From Rhynchopus sp. YZ270_cl-10 (Eukaryota), in NCBI GenBank assembly GCA_964035575.1, contig OZ037842.1, positions 372,001 to 436,000 on the forward strand: a DNA stretch of 64,000 nucleotides, given 5' to 3'. The notes under the pieces are model-generated. The model saw nothing but the letters and a program-made list of their open reading frames with translations. It searched no databases and had not been told where the DNA came from. Below are positions 36,529 to 49,145 of this stretch, one piece after another; within the stretch, counting starts at the first letter, position 1, and each line of letters starts with the position of its first letter. A program made the position numbers and the translations under genes.

Positions 36529-38144
36529 CCGCCGTGCAGCCTCCAAACCCACTCATCAACAGAGCACCACTGCTTTGCGTAGTGGGGCTCGCTCCGGGGG
36601 AGGGTCTAGGGTGGACCATCTCCAAGGGAAAAGTCGATGAGTTTGTGGTGTGCTGTTTCCTCTATCCTGTTGCCATGCAGTATGACAACGAGGGTGTGTA
36701 CATTTGGCTTTACTGTTTGTGGTGTGATTTTTGAACTAACTTAGCAAAAAAATAATAAAATACTGACTCACTAACAAATAATGAACTACTGTGGGGGAGA
36801 AAGGGATAAGGGAAAGGTGGGGGAAGGAGTAGGAAATACGCAGTGTGACAAAGAGTAATGTAGAAAGTACCAACCCGATTCTGAGGGCGCAGGCACCAAA
36901 TATTTGTGCCCTCAACACGTGTTGTGCTGTTTTCGTTATCCCATTTTTCGCGCGTTACTCAATACTCGAAATTGGAACCTAATACATAAAAACCCAAGGA
37001 CACAGACGCACTGTCCATCCTCGTGTCATCGAACCAGAGAGGGTGTACTTTCATTCGTGTATACACTAAAAAAACGCCCCTGGCTCCACTGAGCGGTTTT
37101 TTTTTTTTCAAATACACTTTTTTTTATCAAAAAACAGTACCCCTCGTAACTCATGGTCCGGTCGGGGGGGGGGTAATACTTTGGGCGTGTGTGTGGAGGG
37201 GGATGGAAACTACGCAAGAAAAAAAGAGCTATTTATTAACAAATAATAGCCCCATATTGGCGTTGATGAGGTGATTTTATTGCATTTTTTGGTGACAATT
37301 TTGAGCACTTTGAGCACCTAAGGTTTTGTTGTATTGCATTTTATGAACAAAAATCCTGAGGGAAATATAATATTATTCTAGATGCGCAAAACTGCCGAAT
37401 TCATACATTTTTTTTTGGCGTTTTTGGATGATTTTTGAGGTCCACGAATTATTTTTGATAAGTACATTGCTGTCTTCAGGTGGATTTTATTCTCTACACA
37501 AAATAGCCGGGGAGTGAATGGAGTGCGAAAAAAAAATTGTCACCAATGCAATAAAAAGTGTTTACTTTTTTGTTCGGAAATACAGGCAGTTCTGTGTGTT
37601 CTGCCCGAGATGGAGGGGGTGTTTTTTTTTTGAAAAATTTTGATGTGTAGTCACCACCCCAATGTGAATACCACGCTTTTGTGTTGTGTGTTCCCCACAA
37701 CGAAAGAAAAAGGTCAGAGCTTTTGAACAGAAAAAAGAAAACAAAAAAGGCCGAGTGGAAAAAAAAATGCAGTTCGGAATAAAGAGAACCAGGGCATGAA
37801 GTATCCTGAATCAATACGACACTATCTGTGTTTTTTGTTTTTTTTGAAAACTTGGTTGTATTAGTGTAGACACCCGAGGATGAACTCCACTATATTTTTT
37901 TTTTTTGTTTTCCCCCTCCCCCGCCGTTCATTAGGGCGATGGTGTTTCGCTATGCACCAGGGGAGAAAGCACATTTTACCCAGTTGTTTCAGTTGCTCCT
38001 TCAGGTCAAGAATTATTCAAGAAAGCATCTTTTGAACAGAGAAACGGGAAGGTTACAAGATGGACCTAAGCCTTCTCTCATGCATAGCCTACTATACTAT
38101 ACTTTTCGATTACAATTCTGATATATACCACGAAGTCTTTCATC

Positions 38145-38303
38145 CTTACACGACGGTGAAGTAACGGGTATTACAAGTGGAGTTACATGTAATGTTACAT
38201 GTACCACCACCAAAAACCACTGAACTTCACCTAATTTCAGGAAAAATCAGGTGGTGTACATGTAACTTCGCTTGTAATGTAACATGCTTCACCGTCGTGT
38301 AAG
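38145..38303. mobile_element. Small MITE (inverted repeat CTTACACGACGGTGAAG; possibly a TA TSD with CACG termini)
   Basis: 17-bp perfect terminal IR plus internal inverted GTTACATGTAC/GTACATGTAAC arms. Confidence 0.75.
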
Positions 38304-39681
38304 TGTGCAGAGATGAAAGAAAAGTAGACTTGAAATACAAAGCCCTCTCGTGACAGTGTACCTCTCAAAGAAAAGTTAAAAGATGAATGTGTCTCTCGTA
38401 CACATACACATTGAAATGAAGAATTATGCCTTCTGATCGAACCGTCCCAGACTTGACGACTGTGAAGAAGTTGTGTGGAGAGGGGTGTTCGAGGAGCAAA
38501 AGAAGAACTTTTTGTGAAATATGCTTCCTTGTGCATACCAAAAAAAACAAAAAAAAAACACACACAAAAAAGAAAGGGTTCGCGCTGGCCACTGTATCGC
38601 AAATGAAAAGGGAAAAAAACCGAATACTTCCACTGTACTGAGGGAAACACAACAGAGAGAAGGAAATAAAATAAAAACGAGAGAGTGCTGAAACACACAC
38701 TGAGATGCCTGCGGTGCGTAATAATACAACAATGGTGCTACGGCTCGAAGCCTGCACTATACACATCACTGAGACCCATGCAGGCGTGTTCGTGAGTAAC
38801 TGTTGTGGCGAAGAAAAGGGGTACGGCAAGGGAGGTGAGAAGTGGATAGGGGAGAAGCTTGTAAGACGTCAGAACACCTCATACACATTTTGCGGAACAA
38901 AAAGGAAAAAAAGAAAAAATGCTCGAGAGACTCGTTACTCTTTGCTTGTTGCTCAAAAGGATAAAAAGGGGAAGAGGAAAAATTTTGGTTGTTTGTTGTT
39001 CGCTTCCACCGAAAAAAAAAATCATAAAATTCCGAGTAAATGATTTCCTCCCAAGAGCGCAAATCAATCGCTCACTGTGGCGCTCATATAGGGAGCGTAT
39101 TGTACCCCAGAAGTAATTGATCATTAACTTGCGGAAGAAGACCGAGAATAAAAAGTTTGCTGTGACCCTAAGCCTCTCGTGCTTAGTCTGATTAGCTTCA
39201 CGCCACCTTGGGGAAAAGGTGTACAAAGCCAAGTTGGCTGAAAATACTATCAAATCTGCCCCAAATGCGGTCAAACACAACTCTTTGCAACGAAGACATC
39301 AAGCGTTTCAAGCGCATCAAGGAAAACTTTAAAATATGAACGTGCCTTCACATCTGAGAGGGCATTACATTACTTCAACCTGGAAAAATATCACAATGAG
39401 AAAAAAGTTTAGAAGATGAACCTAACTTAGTCACCTTGAATCACATTTAAAAATGCATGCGAGGAGGGGCAGAAAAAACCGCCATTTTTGAGGAAAGATG
39501 GAAAAACAAAACAAAACAAAGAGAAAAAAAAAAATCCCATCCTGTATGGGCCGAATCTATAATAGAGTTGTTGGATCGACCACCTAAGGTGTTTTCTTCT
39601 ATGCTCAAATGCCACCCAAAAGGGCTTCAAAAGACACACAGTGGACAGTAGGTGCGAAGACTGGTGGGTCACCTGGTGGGG

Positions 39682-39741
39682 TCGACAGGTGAAATCTGTC
39701 GAGTTGACAAGGTTACACCTGTCGTCAATTTCACCTGTCGA
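39682..39741. repeat. Short inverted repeat TCGACAGGTGAAAT..ATTTCACCTGTCGA (MITE remnant)
   Basis: 14-bp perfect IR with internal TGTCG motifs. Confidence 0.55.
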
Positions 39742-40453
39742 GTCCACTAGTGGTTTCGCCTACTGGTACACTGTGGTCCTAGTGTCCACCTTGGGACCAG
39801 AGTATGTGCCCATTATTCAGATAAAATTTGGAAGAGGGTTGCCACGTTTTGTGCAACGCCAAAAAGAAAACTACACTTTTTTGAAGAAGAAAAAAAAGAG
39901 AGAGGCCAGGGGGAAAAGACCCTGCAAAAAAAGAGAGAGAAATTGAAACAAGGATACTTTTTTGCTGTGAGGAGCATGAGACGAAGACGTTTTCGTTACT
40001 GTGTTTTTTTGTTTTTTTGTTTTTTTGTTTTCTTCATTCTGTTGGCTTTTCACGCCTTTTTCCCCCCATTTTGCCAAAAAAAAATATGAACATTTCATGC
40101 TGTCCTAGTGACGAGACCCTTTTTGAGCTTATTCGTCGAATTTTGCTTTTTTTTTAAATTAAGATTGATGAACATTTCGCCTTTGCGGGTAGTTTGCTCT
40201 ACCTTTCTCAAAGAAAAAAAAAGAAGGAAAAACGTAACAAATGAAAGTGTTTTGGAGTGAACACACATTGACACCATTGTAAGATGAACCTAAGCCTCAC
40301 TGTGCTTAGCCACCTCAATCATGTGTGTTGGCAGAAAGATGGGGATAAAAGGAAGCTCGGGGTGTGATAATGTAGACGAGCAGCGTTTGCCACGGCAAAC
40401 TTTAACTTATTTTTTGGTGCTACATCTTTTTGTTTTTTTTTTTCTCTCGCAAA

Positions 40454-40552
40454 TTAACCACCTGATTCAGACCTGCAGATCCGGAGTATCGGGGAATTTC
40501 GGGGAGTTTCCGGTCTGCAAAACTCATTTTTGATCCGTATCAGGTGGATTAA
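40454..40552. mobile_element. Tiny TTAA-flanked inverted-repeat element (piggyBac/Kolobok-like remnant)
   Basis: TTAACCACCTGAT ... ATCAGGTGGATTAA. Confidence 0.4.
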
Positions 40553-41946
40553 GAGAAAAGAAAAGAAACAAAGACGGCCAGGGGGGGATTTTTTTTGACG
40601 AGAAAGTTCACAATTGTTTGTCAAGCGGGAGGGAGTGGATGGGTTGGGGGGGGGGTGGTACTAAAAATAATAGAAAAGAAACATGCTGTGGTAAAAATAT
40701 AAAGTTAGATTCATATACTTTCAGTTCACAGAATTGAAAGTATTTGAAAAAATATAAAGATACCTATGCGTCATGGGCCTACCTTTCGAAAAAAAATTTT
40801 GCCCTATATACTCTGGAATGCCAAAAAAAAAAAAACGGCAGACAGCGTGTCGGAGGAATGTGGACGGAAACCCAAAGAAATGACGAAGGGTGGTTGAAAT
40901 GTGCTAAAATGCAGCTCGTTAGAGCTCATGCACTCCCCCCGTGTGCAAGAAGCTGGCCTGACTCCAAGAAAAATATTGGTGATTTTTTTGTTGTAAGCCT
41001 GTGCTTTTTGTCATCCTAAGAGAAACAAAGGCGATTTTGAAAAATACATTTTACGCAAAGCAACGTTTCTTCACTCTAAAAATCCCCTTTTTTTCTTCTC
41101 AGAATCTCTGAGTTGATATAAAGGGGAAGGGAGGGGATGAACGGGAAGGGTAAAAAAAACAAAATGGGATATATTATGGGTAAATTGAACCCATTTTGTT
41201 GGAGCATTTTTTAGCAAGTTTGAAGAAAAAAAACCCCCCCAAAAAAAAAATCGCCCCTTTTATTTTGCAAAACCTTGGTATTCCAGAATTGCAAAAAAAA
41301 ATATGGGGTAAGATAAATCGGAACTAACTAACTGGTGAGGTTATGGGGTTTTTTTTTACTTTTACTTTTTGTGTTTTTTTTTTTCCGTGTGGTGGGACTT
41401 TTGGGGTTGTAGAGAAAAGCAGAGAAAGAATCTACAGAAAACCAAAAAAAAAAAGGGAAAAGAAACATAGTTTGAAAGATAAATCACTCTAAGCCTCAAA
41501 AGAGCTTAGCCACCTTTTAAAAAAAGAGAGAAAATTTGAAAGATGAATGTGTCTCTAGTGTCTAGACCCTGCTGATTCATCACTTGTGGAACACAAAAAA
41601 ACAAAAACAAAAAATGGGATCCAGGCAATACATGAGCATCAGTCACCCCTACTCAGTCACCTGATGAAAACATGCATGAAACTCACAAACACAACTTTTT
41701 TTTTTTATAATCTGGCATTTAGGACAAACCTCTTCAAAAATAAAAGGGTATTTTTGTGTGTGCGTTTTCCTGTCCCCCCCCACCCATTCCCCAATAATAA
41801 AAACACAATAACCTAAGGAACGGATCTGAACCCCCACCCACCCCCACCCCCCTCCCTCCCTTATCCTCTTCCCCACCTTATTCCCCCAGATAAACGCCCA
41901 ATTTTAAATGGAAATGTACCTGAAGGGGAGGGCAAAAAATAGGCGT

Positions 41947-44368
41947 TTATCTTCCGTCATCGAAGTCCAGCCTGCGTGCCGCGTGGGAGTACCCTGCCCC
42001 TGGTGGGTAGGCCTGCCCTGTTGATTCCATCGCCGACATCGCGGTACCAGTCGTGGTTGTCACTTGATGGAGACTCCAACCTGTTTTTTTTTGCATTGTT
42101 TTGTAGTTTTGGTAGTGGAAAATTAATACAACTTGGAGATCAAAACACCAATGTGGACTGTTCAAACAGGCGCGGGGGGAAAAAAAATGATTTTTTTAGC
42201 CTCCCCCATCCGACCCTCATCAACCCACGATTCCCCAAAAGTTAGAGGCCTGTTTTCATGATACACAAAAGAACTCACTATGGTTCCTCCATACCACTAT
42301 TTGATGCGTTCGAAGGCTGCACACCATTCCCCTGCGTGAACACCCCTGGCCCACGCTGTGACGGACTGCAGCAGGGCATTGCGCCTCCTGGGTACGACGC
42401 AAAGGGGATAGGGTGGCTACGGTGAACGGGCTTGCGCATTGTTTGGGGCGAGCCTGGTGGCGCGCCGAGGAAGGGTGGCGAATGCACGCTGAGGGGGACG
42501 TGGTGTGGGATCATATGAGGCCCGTAGTACATCCCTACGTGGTGGTGGTGATGGTGACGAGAGTGCGGATGTGGATGCGGATGTGGCACATAGATGCCAT
42601 GCTGTGGCACAGCCATGCCACGCTCATCGCGAGGCGCCTCCAAAGCATCTGCAGCGCTCCACATGCATTCAGTGTTCTCAACATCCTTGCCCCCCTGCAC
42701 GCGGCCTGGTGCTGCGCGTAGGTCCATCATGGACTGCCTGCCCCCTGCCGTCGTGTCTCTCTCCGCCTCAGGAAGCGTCAACGGCGCCTTCGACATGAAC
42801 AAAACCTGTTGCGGGTTTTCGTGAGTGTCGGAAGGGGACGGCATCGGTCCGGGTGGGTGCTGCCGCTCGCGTGAGTCATAGCCAATGGGGCTGCGCATCT
42901 TGGGTGTGATAGGGGCAGATGATGCGCTTGTTGCTTTCTGTTGGGGGGGTTTTGTCAAATTAATTGGGGGAAAAAGGTTGAAACACACCTCATCCGTCGC
43001 ACGGTGCTGCGATGCTGACAGCGCCGACGTCAATGTCGATGTCGACGGCATATCCTGCGGCGCACTGCCTGCCCGCCACAGCGTTGTCACCTCCTTCAGG
43101 ATCGACGCCACATGCCTCCTGACTACCAACTCCACCAGCCATGCCTGGTAGTCCCCCTCCCCTCCGCAGGTCACTCCGACCACCAGCGCTGCTGCTGCTG
43201 CCACTGCTGCGCACGCAGCACGCCTCTTCACCACAACCCTGACAGGCTCCCTCCTCTGAATCGGCGTCAACGGCGCAGCATGCGTCCCTCCCCCACCCCC
43301 ACCCCCTCGCCTCACCGACCGAGCAGCCGCACGCTCCAACGGCCCCCCACGACGATGATGATGCGCTGGCTGGGACGCTGCACGCAACCTCTCTGGTCGT
43401 TCCATATTACCCGACGACGACGGTGTGGTCGCAGCGGACGACAGCGACGCCACCCTCACTGCACAGGGACTCCCTCCTCCTGCGTCAAGGTTCCTTGCAA
43501 CGTTCCTTCCATTTGAGGATGGCGTCGTCACGGTAGACCCTACTGGCGGCGGTGGAGGGGGTTGGTGCTGCGGATGTCTGCGCATGGTGGAGTTGCTGCG
43601 GCTCTGCTGCGTCCGTTTTTTTGTCCGACTGCAGCTTTTGCGTGGCTCTGTTTTGTTCTCCCCATCAGATTGCAGTGGCGGCGCAGACTGCGACCGCGGG
43701 AGACGGCGCAGCGGAGTGGATGCTTGAGCATTGTTGTGTCTCCTCCCCACACTGCTTGTTGTTCTCCTCTTCGTTGCGGGTGGTGCTGCAGCAAAGTTCT
43801 CTGCTCTCACATTCGGAGGTGTCGCCACCACCCCTTGCCCCATCTCCAATAACGGCGAGATCGGCGGGGTGACCCGCTCCTGATGTGTTGTGGTGGTTGT
43901 GGTAGTGATTGTCGGAGGAAGCGACGCCCCGTCTTCCTCCCCTCTCATTGTCCCTGGGTATTGTTCTGTCAAAATCGCGGCCAGGCTTTCAATTGTTCGC
44001 GACGACGGTGTTTCGGTGGACAAAGCTGATAACGTAGGGTGTCCATTATTCCCCAGAGAATTGTCTGTCGACGACGACCATTTCTTGCGAAGAGGCAACG
44101 GAGGAGGAGCAGCTTTCACCGGAGCGCTGGCAGAAGGCTTCCTTGGAGAGCCTCGCGCCCGACGAGCAGGTGGTGGTTGTTGTTGTGGCTGTTGCTGTGG
44201 CTGTGCTGGGTCCAAATGAGACCCTCTCGTAACCCCTCCATTCCGCGAACTCCGAGCACCCTTCGAAGGGGGACACCCACCCCCAGTCTCCATCTTCTGC
44301 CATTCACTCCGAAGAAATTGCACATAAGTATCCCTCTCACGTGCCGACACTGACTTCTTTACTTCCAT
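41947..44368 (-). CDS. Hypothetical low-complexity (Pro/Ser/Thr/His-rich) protein
   Basis: 696-codon GC-rich ORF. Probable 51-bp in-frame GTGTG..CAG intron at 42988-42938. A phase-1 GTATG..CAG intron (42294-42081) leads to terminal exon 42080-41947 (WSLHQVTTTT..RRLDFDDGR*). The ATG directly follows an AG downstream of a long C-rich tract. Confidence 0.7.
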
Positions 44369-44393
44369 CTTAACAAAATTAGGGGGAAATATG

Positions 44394-44477
44394 GGGGAGA
44401 GGAGGAGGAGGGGGGAGAGGAGGAGGAGGGGGAGGGGGAGGAGGAGGGGGGGGGAGGAGGAGGGGGAGGAGGGGGGG
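44394..44477 (-). promoter_or_regulatory. Long C/T polypyrimidine tract upstream of the AG|ATG at 44368; candidate (trans-)splice signal
   Basis: (CCT/CCCC)n on minus; similar shorter tracts precede the genes starting at 15817 (15895-15927) and 17534 (17566-17594). Confidence 0.45.
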
Positions 44478-44839
44478 AAAGGAAAAACCGGTTAAGCAAA
44501 AGCGTCAAATGTGCTGTTACTCTTCCATTGAAGGGTTTTTTTTTTGGGGGGTGGTATGTGGTGTGGGTAAGTGTGGAGTGTATTTCTGTGGGTGGTTTGG
44601 GTGGTGTTGCCTCTGCAAAGTTCCGCTATAAGGAGAGAAAAGTAGAATTGAAATACAAAGCCCTCTCGTGAACAGTGTACCGTGGTACAAATGACCGGCT
44701 GTACCGTGGGTGGTGGACAACCTTACCATTCAATCCTACCTCCATTTCGTGGTTTACATCTGATATATCACACATTCTCCGAAATTGCGTATCATTTTTC
44801 AGATTTTTCACTCACTCGGCCCAGATGCATATTTTTTAT

Positions 44840-45655
44840 CGTCCGACCCCGGAATTGAACGTTTCGAAACCGCGCTTTCAAAAGAAATAAAAATCTCAAA
44901 AAAATAAAAAAAATCTTTTTTCTGAAATCACCGTGAGAGTTTTTACCTCCTAATCTCAGCAACAGGTGAGAAAAGGACAGATGCATAATTCTGTCTGAAA
45001 ATGCGCGGAATGGTGTTTCCGGACTCCAAACTTTTCAAAGAAAAAAAAATCGAGCAATTTAGTCAAAAAACTATTAAATTGGATTGGCTCCATTGTAGAA
45101 CACCCATATACAGGGCAATTTGGCTGCAATTTGTGTGTAAAAATGGGGTTGGCTCCACCGAAACCTGGCTGACACATAGTATTTTTCCGGCGGAAAAAAA
45201 TCGTCAGAATTGAAAGAATTGTTGAAAATAATTCCAAAGAAAAAAAAATTGGCAACTTTTGATAAAAACGTTTTTAGTGGAATAAGTCACCGAAGACCAC
45301 CCAAAAAGGGGTTTCTAACCTGATCTCTTAGGAAAGTACAGGGAATACCTGAAAACGCCCCTCCCTCCCAAAATCCTTTGCGACATGAAGAGAGGCATAA
45401 AAAAAATCGTCCGACCCCGGAATTGAACGTTTTCACACCCGATCTTTCAAAATAAAAATAAAAATATTTTTTTTGGGGCGCGAGAAATTAGTAGGATCCA
45501 CCCGTCAACGCACACAGACGTTTAATGACCTCAGGGTGCAATATTTTTTTGCAAAAAGGCGCGGAATGGCATTTCCGGAGCGATCTGAAAAAATTCCGGG
45601 GTCGGAGAATTTTTTTAGTGGAAAAATAGTCACTTTAAATTGGCTCCATGGTTGG
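44840..45655. repeat. Degenerate ~570-bp-period duplication with an inverted copy of its leading motif
   Basis: CGTCCGACCCCGGAATTGAACGTTT at 44840 and 45408. GCGCGGAATGGYRTTTCCGGA at ~45003 and ~45559. Inverted AATTCCGGGGTCGGA at 45592. Confidence 0.65.
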
Positions 45656-47593
45656 TCACAAGTGATACGCAGTTTCGGAGAATGTGTGATATAGGAAATG
45701 GAGAGGAAATGGGGAGGAGTAGAACATAAAAATCTGTCCCTTTTTTTTGCATTTTTTTTTTTTGTTAAAGTGAATTTTTTTGCAGAAGGGAAGGGAATCG
45801 GGGTAGGGTAGGGAGTTGTTGTGAATAGGTGAGTGAATCCGTTACAGAACGGTTGAAAACACATCATATATCGCAAACAAAAGTTTTTCTTTTCAATAAT
45901 AAAAAGTTCATAACGTGCAGACACCTCTTTGGATGCAAGAACGTACAAAAAAAAAAAAGGGCAAATTTTCAAATTTGAGTTGAGGGTGAAACAACTCATA
46001 CACAAAAAAAAAAGAGAGGGGGTCACTTCACTCAGGCGTGGAGCGCCATTTTTTCCCCACAATACAACGCATCACACCTGCATTTCTGTTCCTTTTTTTG
46101 CATCCCATATAACACGCACCTTTTTTGGTGCATTTTATTGTTCAAAAAAATTTTTTTTGGGTGCATCCTCCACAATTCATTTGTTTTATTTCTTTTCGAT
46201 TGACGACATAAAGGACAGTGTTCACCCATGGTGAATACCCTGCCATTTTTTTGGGGGTTGGGAAAGGGGGAATTCATTTCGAACACAATAGTGAAGTAAA
46301 CGACTTTACTTGTGGTTTTACTTTTTGCGGTTTTCACCATTGGCTTACAAACAGTGAAACCACAAGTCAAGACATTTACTTCACCATCATGAAGAGACAG
46401 GCAATGCAACTGAATGATCACCAACTCATTTTCCTTTTTGAAAGACAAAGAAAAAAGAAAAAGAGGGTGATCACACGCAGGGAAGAATCGAGTAAGTGTG
46501 AAGCACAATGTAATACTCAATTCCAGGGGGGAGAATCACACTCAGGATGTGTGGAGGGGTTAAATTTTTAACTCTAAACACCCCAACCCATTACGACGGG
46601 TGATAGGGTTAAAAGCAAGTCAAAATAGAAATCAGTCGGGCTAAAAAGAAAAAAGAAAAAAATTTGCAATCCCAAGCCTCGCATGCTTCGTCAAAGAATG
46701 AATATTGCATCCAAATCGGGTTGAGGAGAACACCCGATGAGACCGCAGGAAGGAAAGGAGGAGAAGTTGAAAGTGCAGAACGCCTTCACCGTTTCTCGGC
46801 GAACCGCAGGCAGTGGAAAGAAAGCTTTGATAAGAGGACAGCCTCACAGCGCTGAGCCACCTTTCTGGAAAATACTGAAAAAAAATGTTGAAACACTTCA
46901 TTAGAACGGAGAAAGAACGGCGGTCACCATGTGTTTTGCAAAAGAAATAGTGGGGTTTAATTTAATGCAAACCGATACGGTGCTTGCCTAGGCTCAGGAC
47001 GTTGGTGGTTATGTGTAAAACACCCGAGGATGAGCTCCACTAACTTTTTCTCATTTCTTTTGTCACCAAATCTTAATGTTTTGTGCTGAAACCTCAGTAA
47101 TAATCATCAAACCAAATGCAAAGTCTATTTACACCAAACCGGCTAACCCACATTTATTGGACTGCCGGAGGGTATGAAAACAAAAGGAGGAAATCTCAAA
47201 AGCAAAATGTTAGCAATAATCAGGTCTCATTTTCTCGCACCGGCACTTGCAGAAACAACGCGGGTGAAGAAGAAAAAAAAAATAAGGGATGAAGTTGGAA
47301 TGTGCACAAAGCCTCCAGGATGCAATTGTGTATGGTGGTTTTCCCTTCTGCCTTTCTACTCTACCACAAATTTTTGTGGTTCCAACAGAAAACACACCTC
47401 ACAGCCCCATCGGCACAGCGCTGGTCAAAAAACAGAAAAGGAGAGCAACAAAAAGGAGTAACCTGCAAAGAGTAGTACGTTAAAATCTTATTTGAAAAAA
47501 AAAAAAAACAAAAACAAACAAACAAACAATGTGCACAGCTTGAGTGTCACCCTTTGAGGAGGTGCACTTTTCACTATAAAAAAAAGCGTTATT

Positions 47594-48126
47594 GAGGCTA
47601 TTCAGGGGGGATCCCATCACAACTTTTCGCAAAAAAAAAAAAAAAAAAAAAAAAAAAATTCTTCCTCTCACGTATGGCAAATGATAATTTTTTATGCGCC
47701 ATTATGAGATCTCATAATACCGGTGATATTATGCGCTATTATGTGCTATTATGCGCTATTATGAGATATTATGCGCTATTATGAGCAAATTATGCGGTGT
47801 TATGTGCTAATTATGTGCCGTCACGTCGTTGCACACCACACGATTGGCGGGGTCGGGGAACAAAAAAAATTTTTCCAGGCCCAAAAAAAAAAAAAATTTT
47901 TTTTTTGCTCTCCCCCCTGCTTTAATGCCTATTTTGGCATTATGCGATTATTATGAGGGCGCATAATAGCGCATAATAATCACATAATTTATTATGAGAT
48001 CTCATAATAAATTATCATTTGCCATACGTGTCCTCTTCGCAATTTTTCACAATTCTCCACAGTGACTGCATTGTGAATTTTTTTTTTTTGGAAAAGTTGT
48101 GACGGTACCCCTCCCCGAGTAGCCCC
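47594..48126. mobile_element. Older degenerate inverted-repeat element hosting the 47669-48030 insertion
   Basis: GAGGCTATTCAGGGGGGATCCCATCACAACTTTT..(A)n is an imperfect inverted match to (T)n..AAAAGTTGTGACGGTACCCCTCCCCGAGTAGCCCC. Confidence 0.55.
47669..48030. mobile_element. 362-bp MITE, TIR CACGTATGGCAAATGATAATTT, 6-bp TSD TCCTCT
   Basis: 22-bp perfect TIR. TCCTCT at 47663-47668 and 48031-48036. Internal ATTATG repeats. Confidence 0.9.
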
Positions 48127-48330
48127 AGTTATGGTTCTTAATATCCAAAAGAAGGCGCCAAGTAGCAAAGTGTTATTATGTTAGTTAGGTAGGTTGGGTT
48201 GGGAATGGGTGTTGCATTGCGAGTTTGTTTGTTTAAATAATTTGACAACATCTGTCCACTGTGATCAAGTGGGCCACACGTTGTTGTGTTGGGGAGGGTG
48301 GTTTGGTGGTTGGGGGGCTGAAAAATAAGA

Positions 48331-48900
48331 AAGAAAAGTTTATAAGATGACCTAAGCCTCGCGTGCTTAGTCACCAAATAACAAAGGGGGGAAATTTGTC
48401 AAGTGAACCTATGCTGAGTTACCTGACCAAAGGTGAAAAAGAAGAAAAAAAAAAACAACAAAATATAGGGAGAGAGAAAAAGTAAGAACAAAAAAACCCC
48501 CCCTCTGCCACCTGTAAAGATGTCAAAAGAATTGTTTTTTTTTGCTTTTTTCCTCCCATTTTTCTTCTTCTTTTCTTTCTCTAAATACAGCATTTTTTGT
48601 CTATTTTCTCTTTTGTGCTATTCTAGCATTTCCTTATTCTTACATCATTTTCTCCTTCCAAATTAATTATCGTTATCGCACTCATTGTCACCGTTCTTTT
48701 TTATCTTCCAAAAACTTCTATTTGAGAACCCTCCCTAAATCACACAGGTCCCTTGGTTGTCAGTGGAGGTAGGAGAAATCTCGGTCATGTTTACAAGGGT
48801 ATGGCGGTCGTTCTGTGAGAAGATGTATTAAATTGTACAAACAATCCAAAACAAAGAAAAGTTTATAAGATGATCCTAAGCCTCTCGTGCTTAGTCACCT
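48331..48900 (-). repeat. Two well-preserved R1 hairpin elements (48344-48375 and 48867-48900)
   Basis: AAAGAAAAGTTTATAAGATGA(T)CCTAAGCCTC(G/T)CGTGCTTAGTCACC is present in both. Confidence 0.85.
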
Positions 48901-49145
48901 TATCATATTCGTTATCGCACAGCATCAGCTGCGCTGGCTTCTACAAGTTTGTTGTCAGGGATGATGTCAAACAAAGTTGAATAGTGCAAAACACCCCGGA
49001 CGCAGGGAACTGACACCCCGCGGGGTATATCGGAACCCCCCCCGGAATGTTGCATACATAAAAAAAAGGTGCAAATACCTTACATATTTCATTTACCACA
49101 CAATGTTTCCCCTAAAATAACCCCTTTTCCAACCCTTAAACATAC

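Noticed and set aside
33000..41900. Short ORFs, tRNA or SL RNA genes in the long intergenic stretch
   Set aside because: ORFs are F/K-rich homopolymer translations; no cloverleaf or spliced-leader sequence was recognised by eye.
48867..48900. R1 loop ACGAGAGG as an rRNA sarcin-ricin loop fragment
   Set aside because: Only ~8 nt match; the stems and flanks are unrelated to LSU rRNA.
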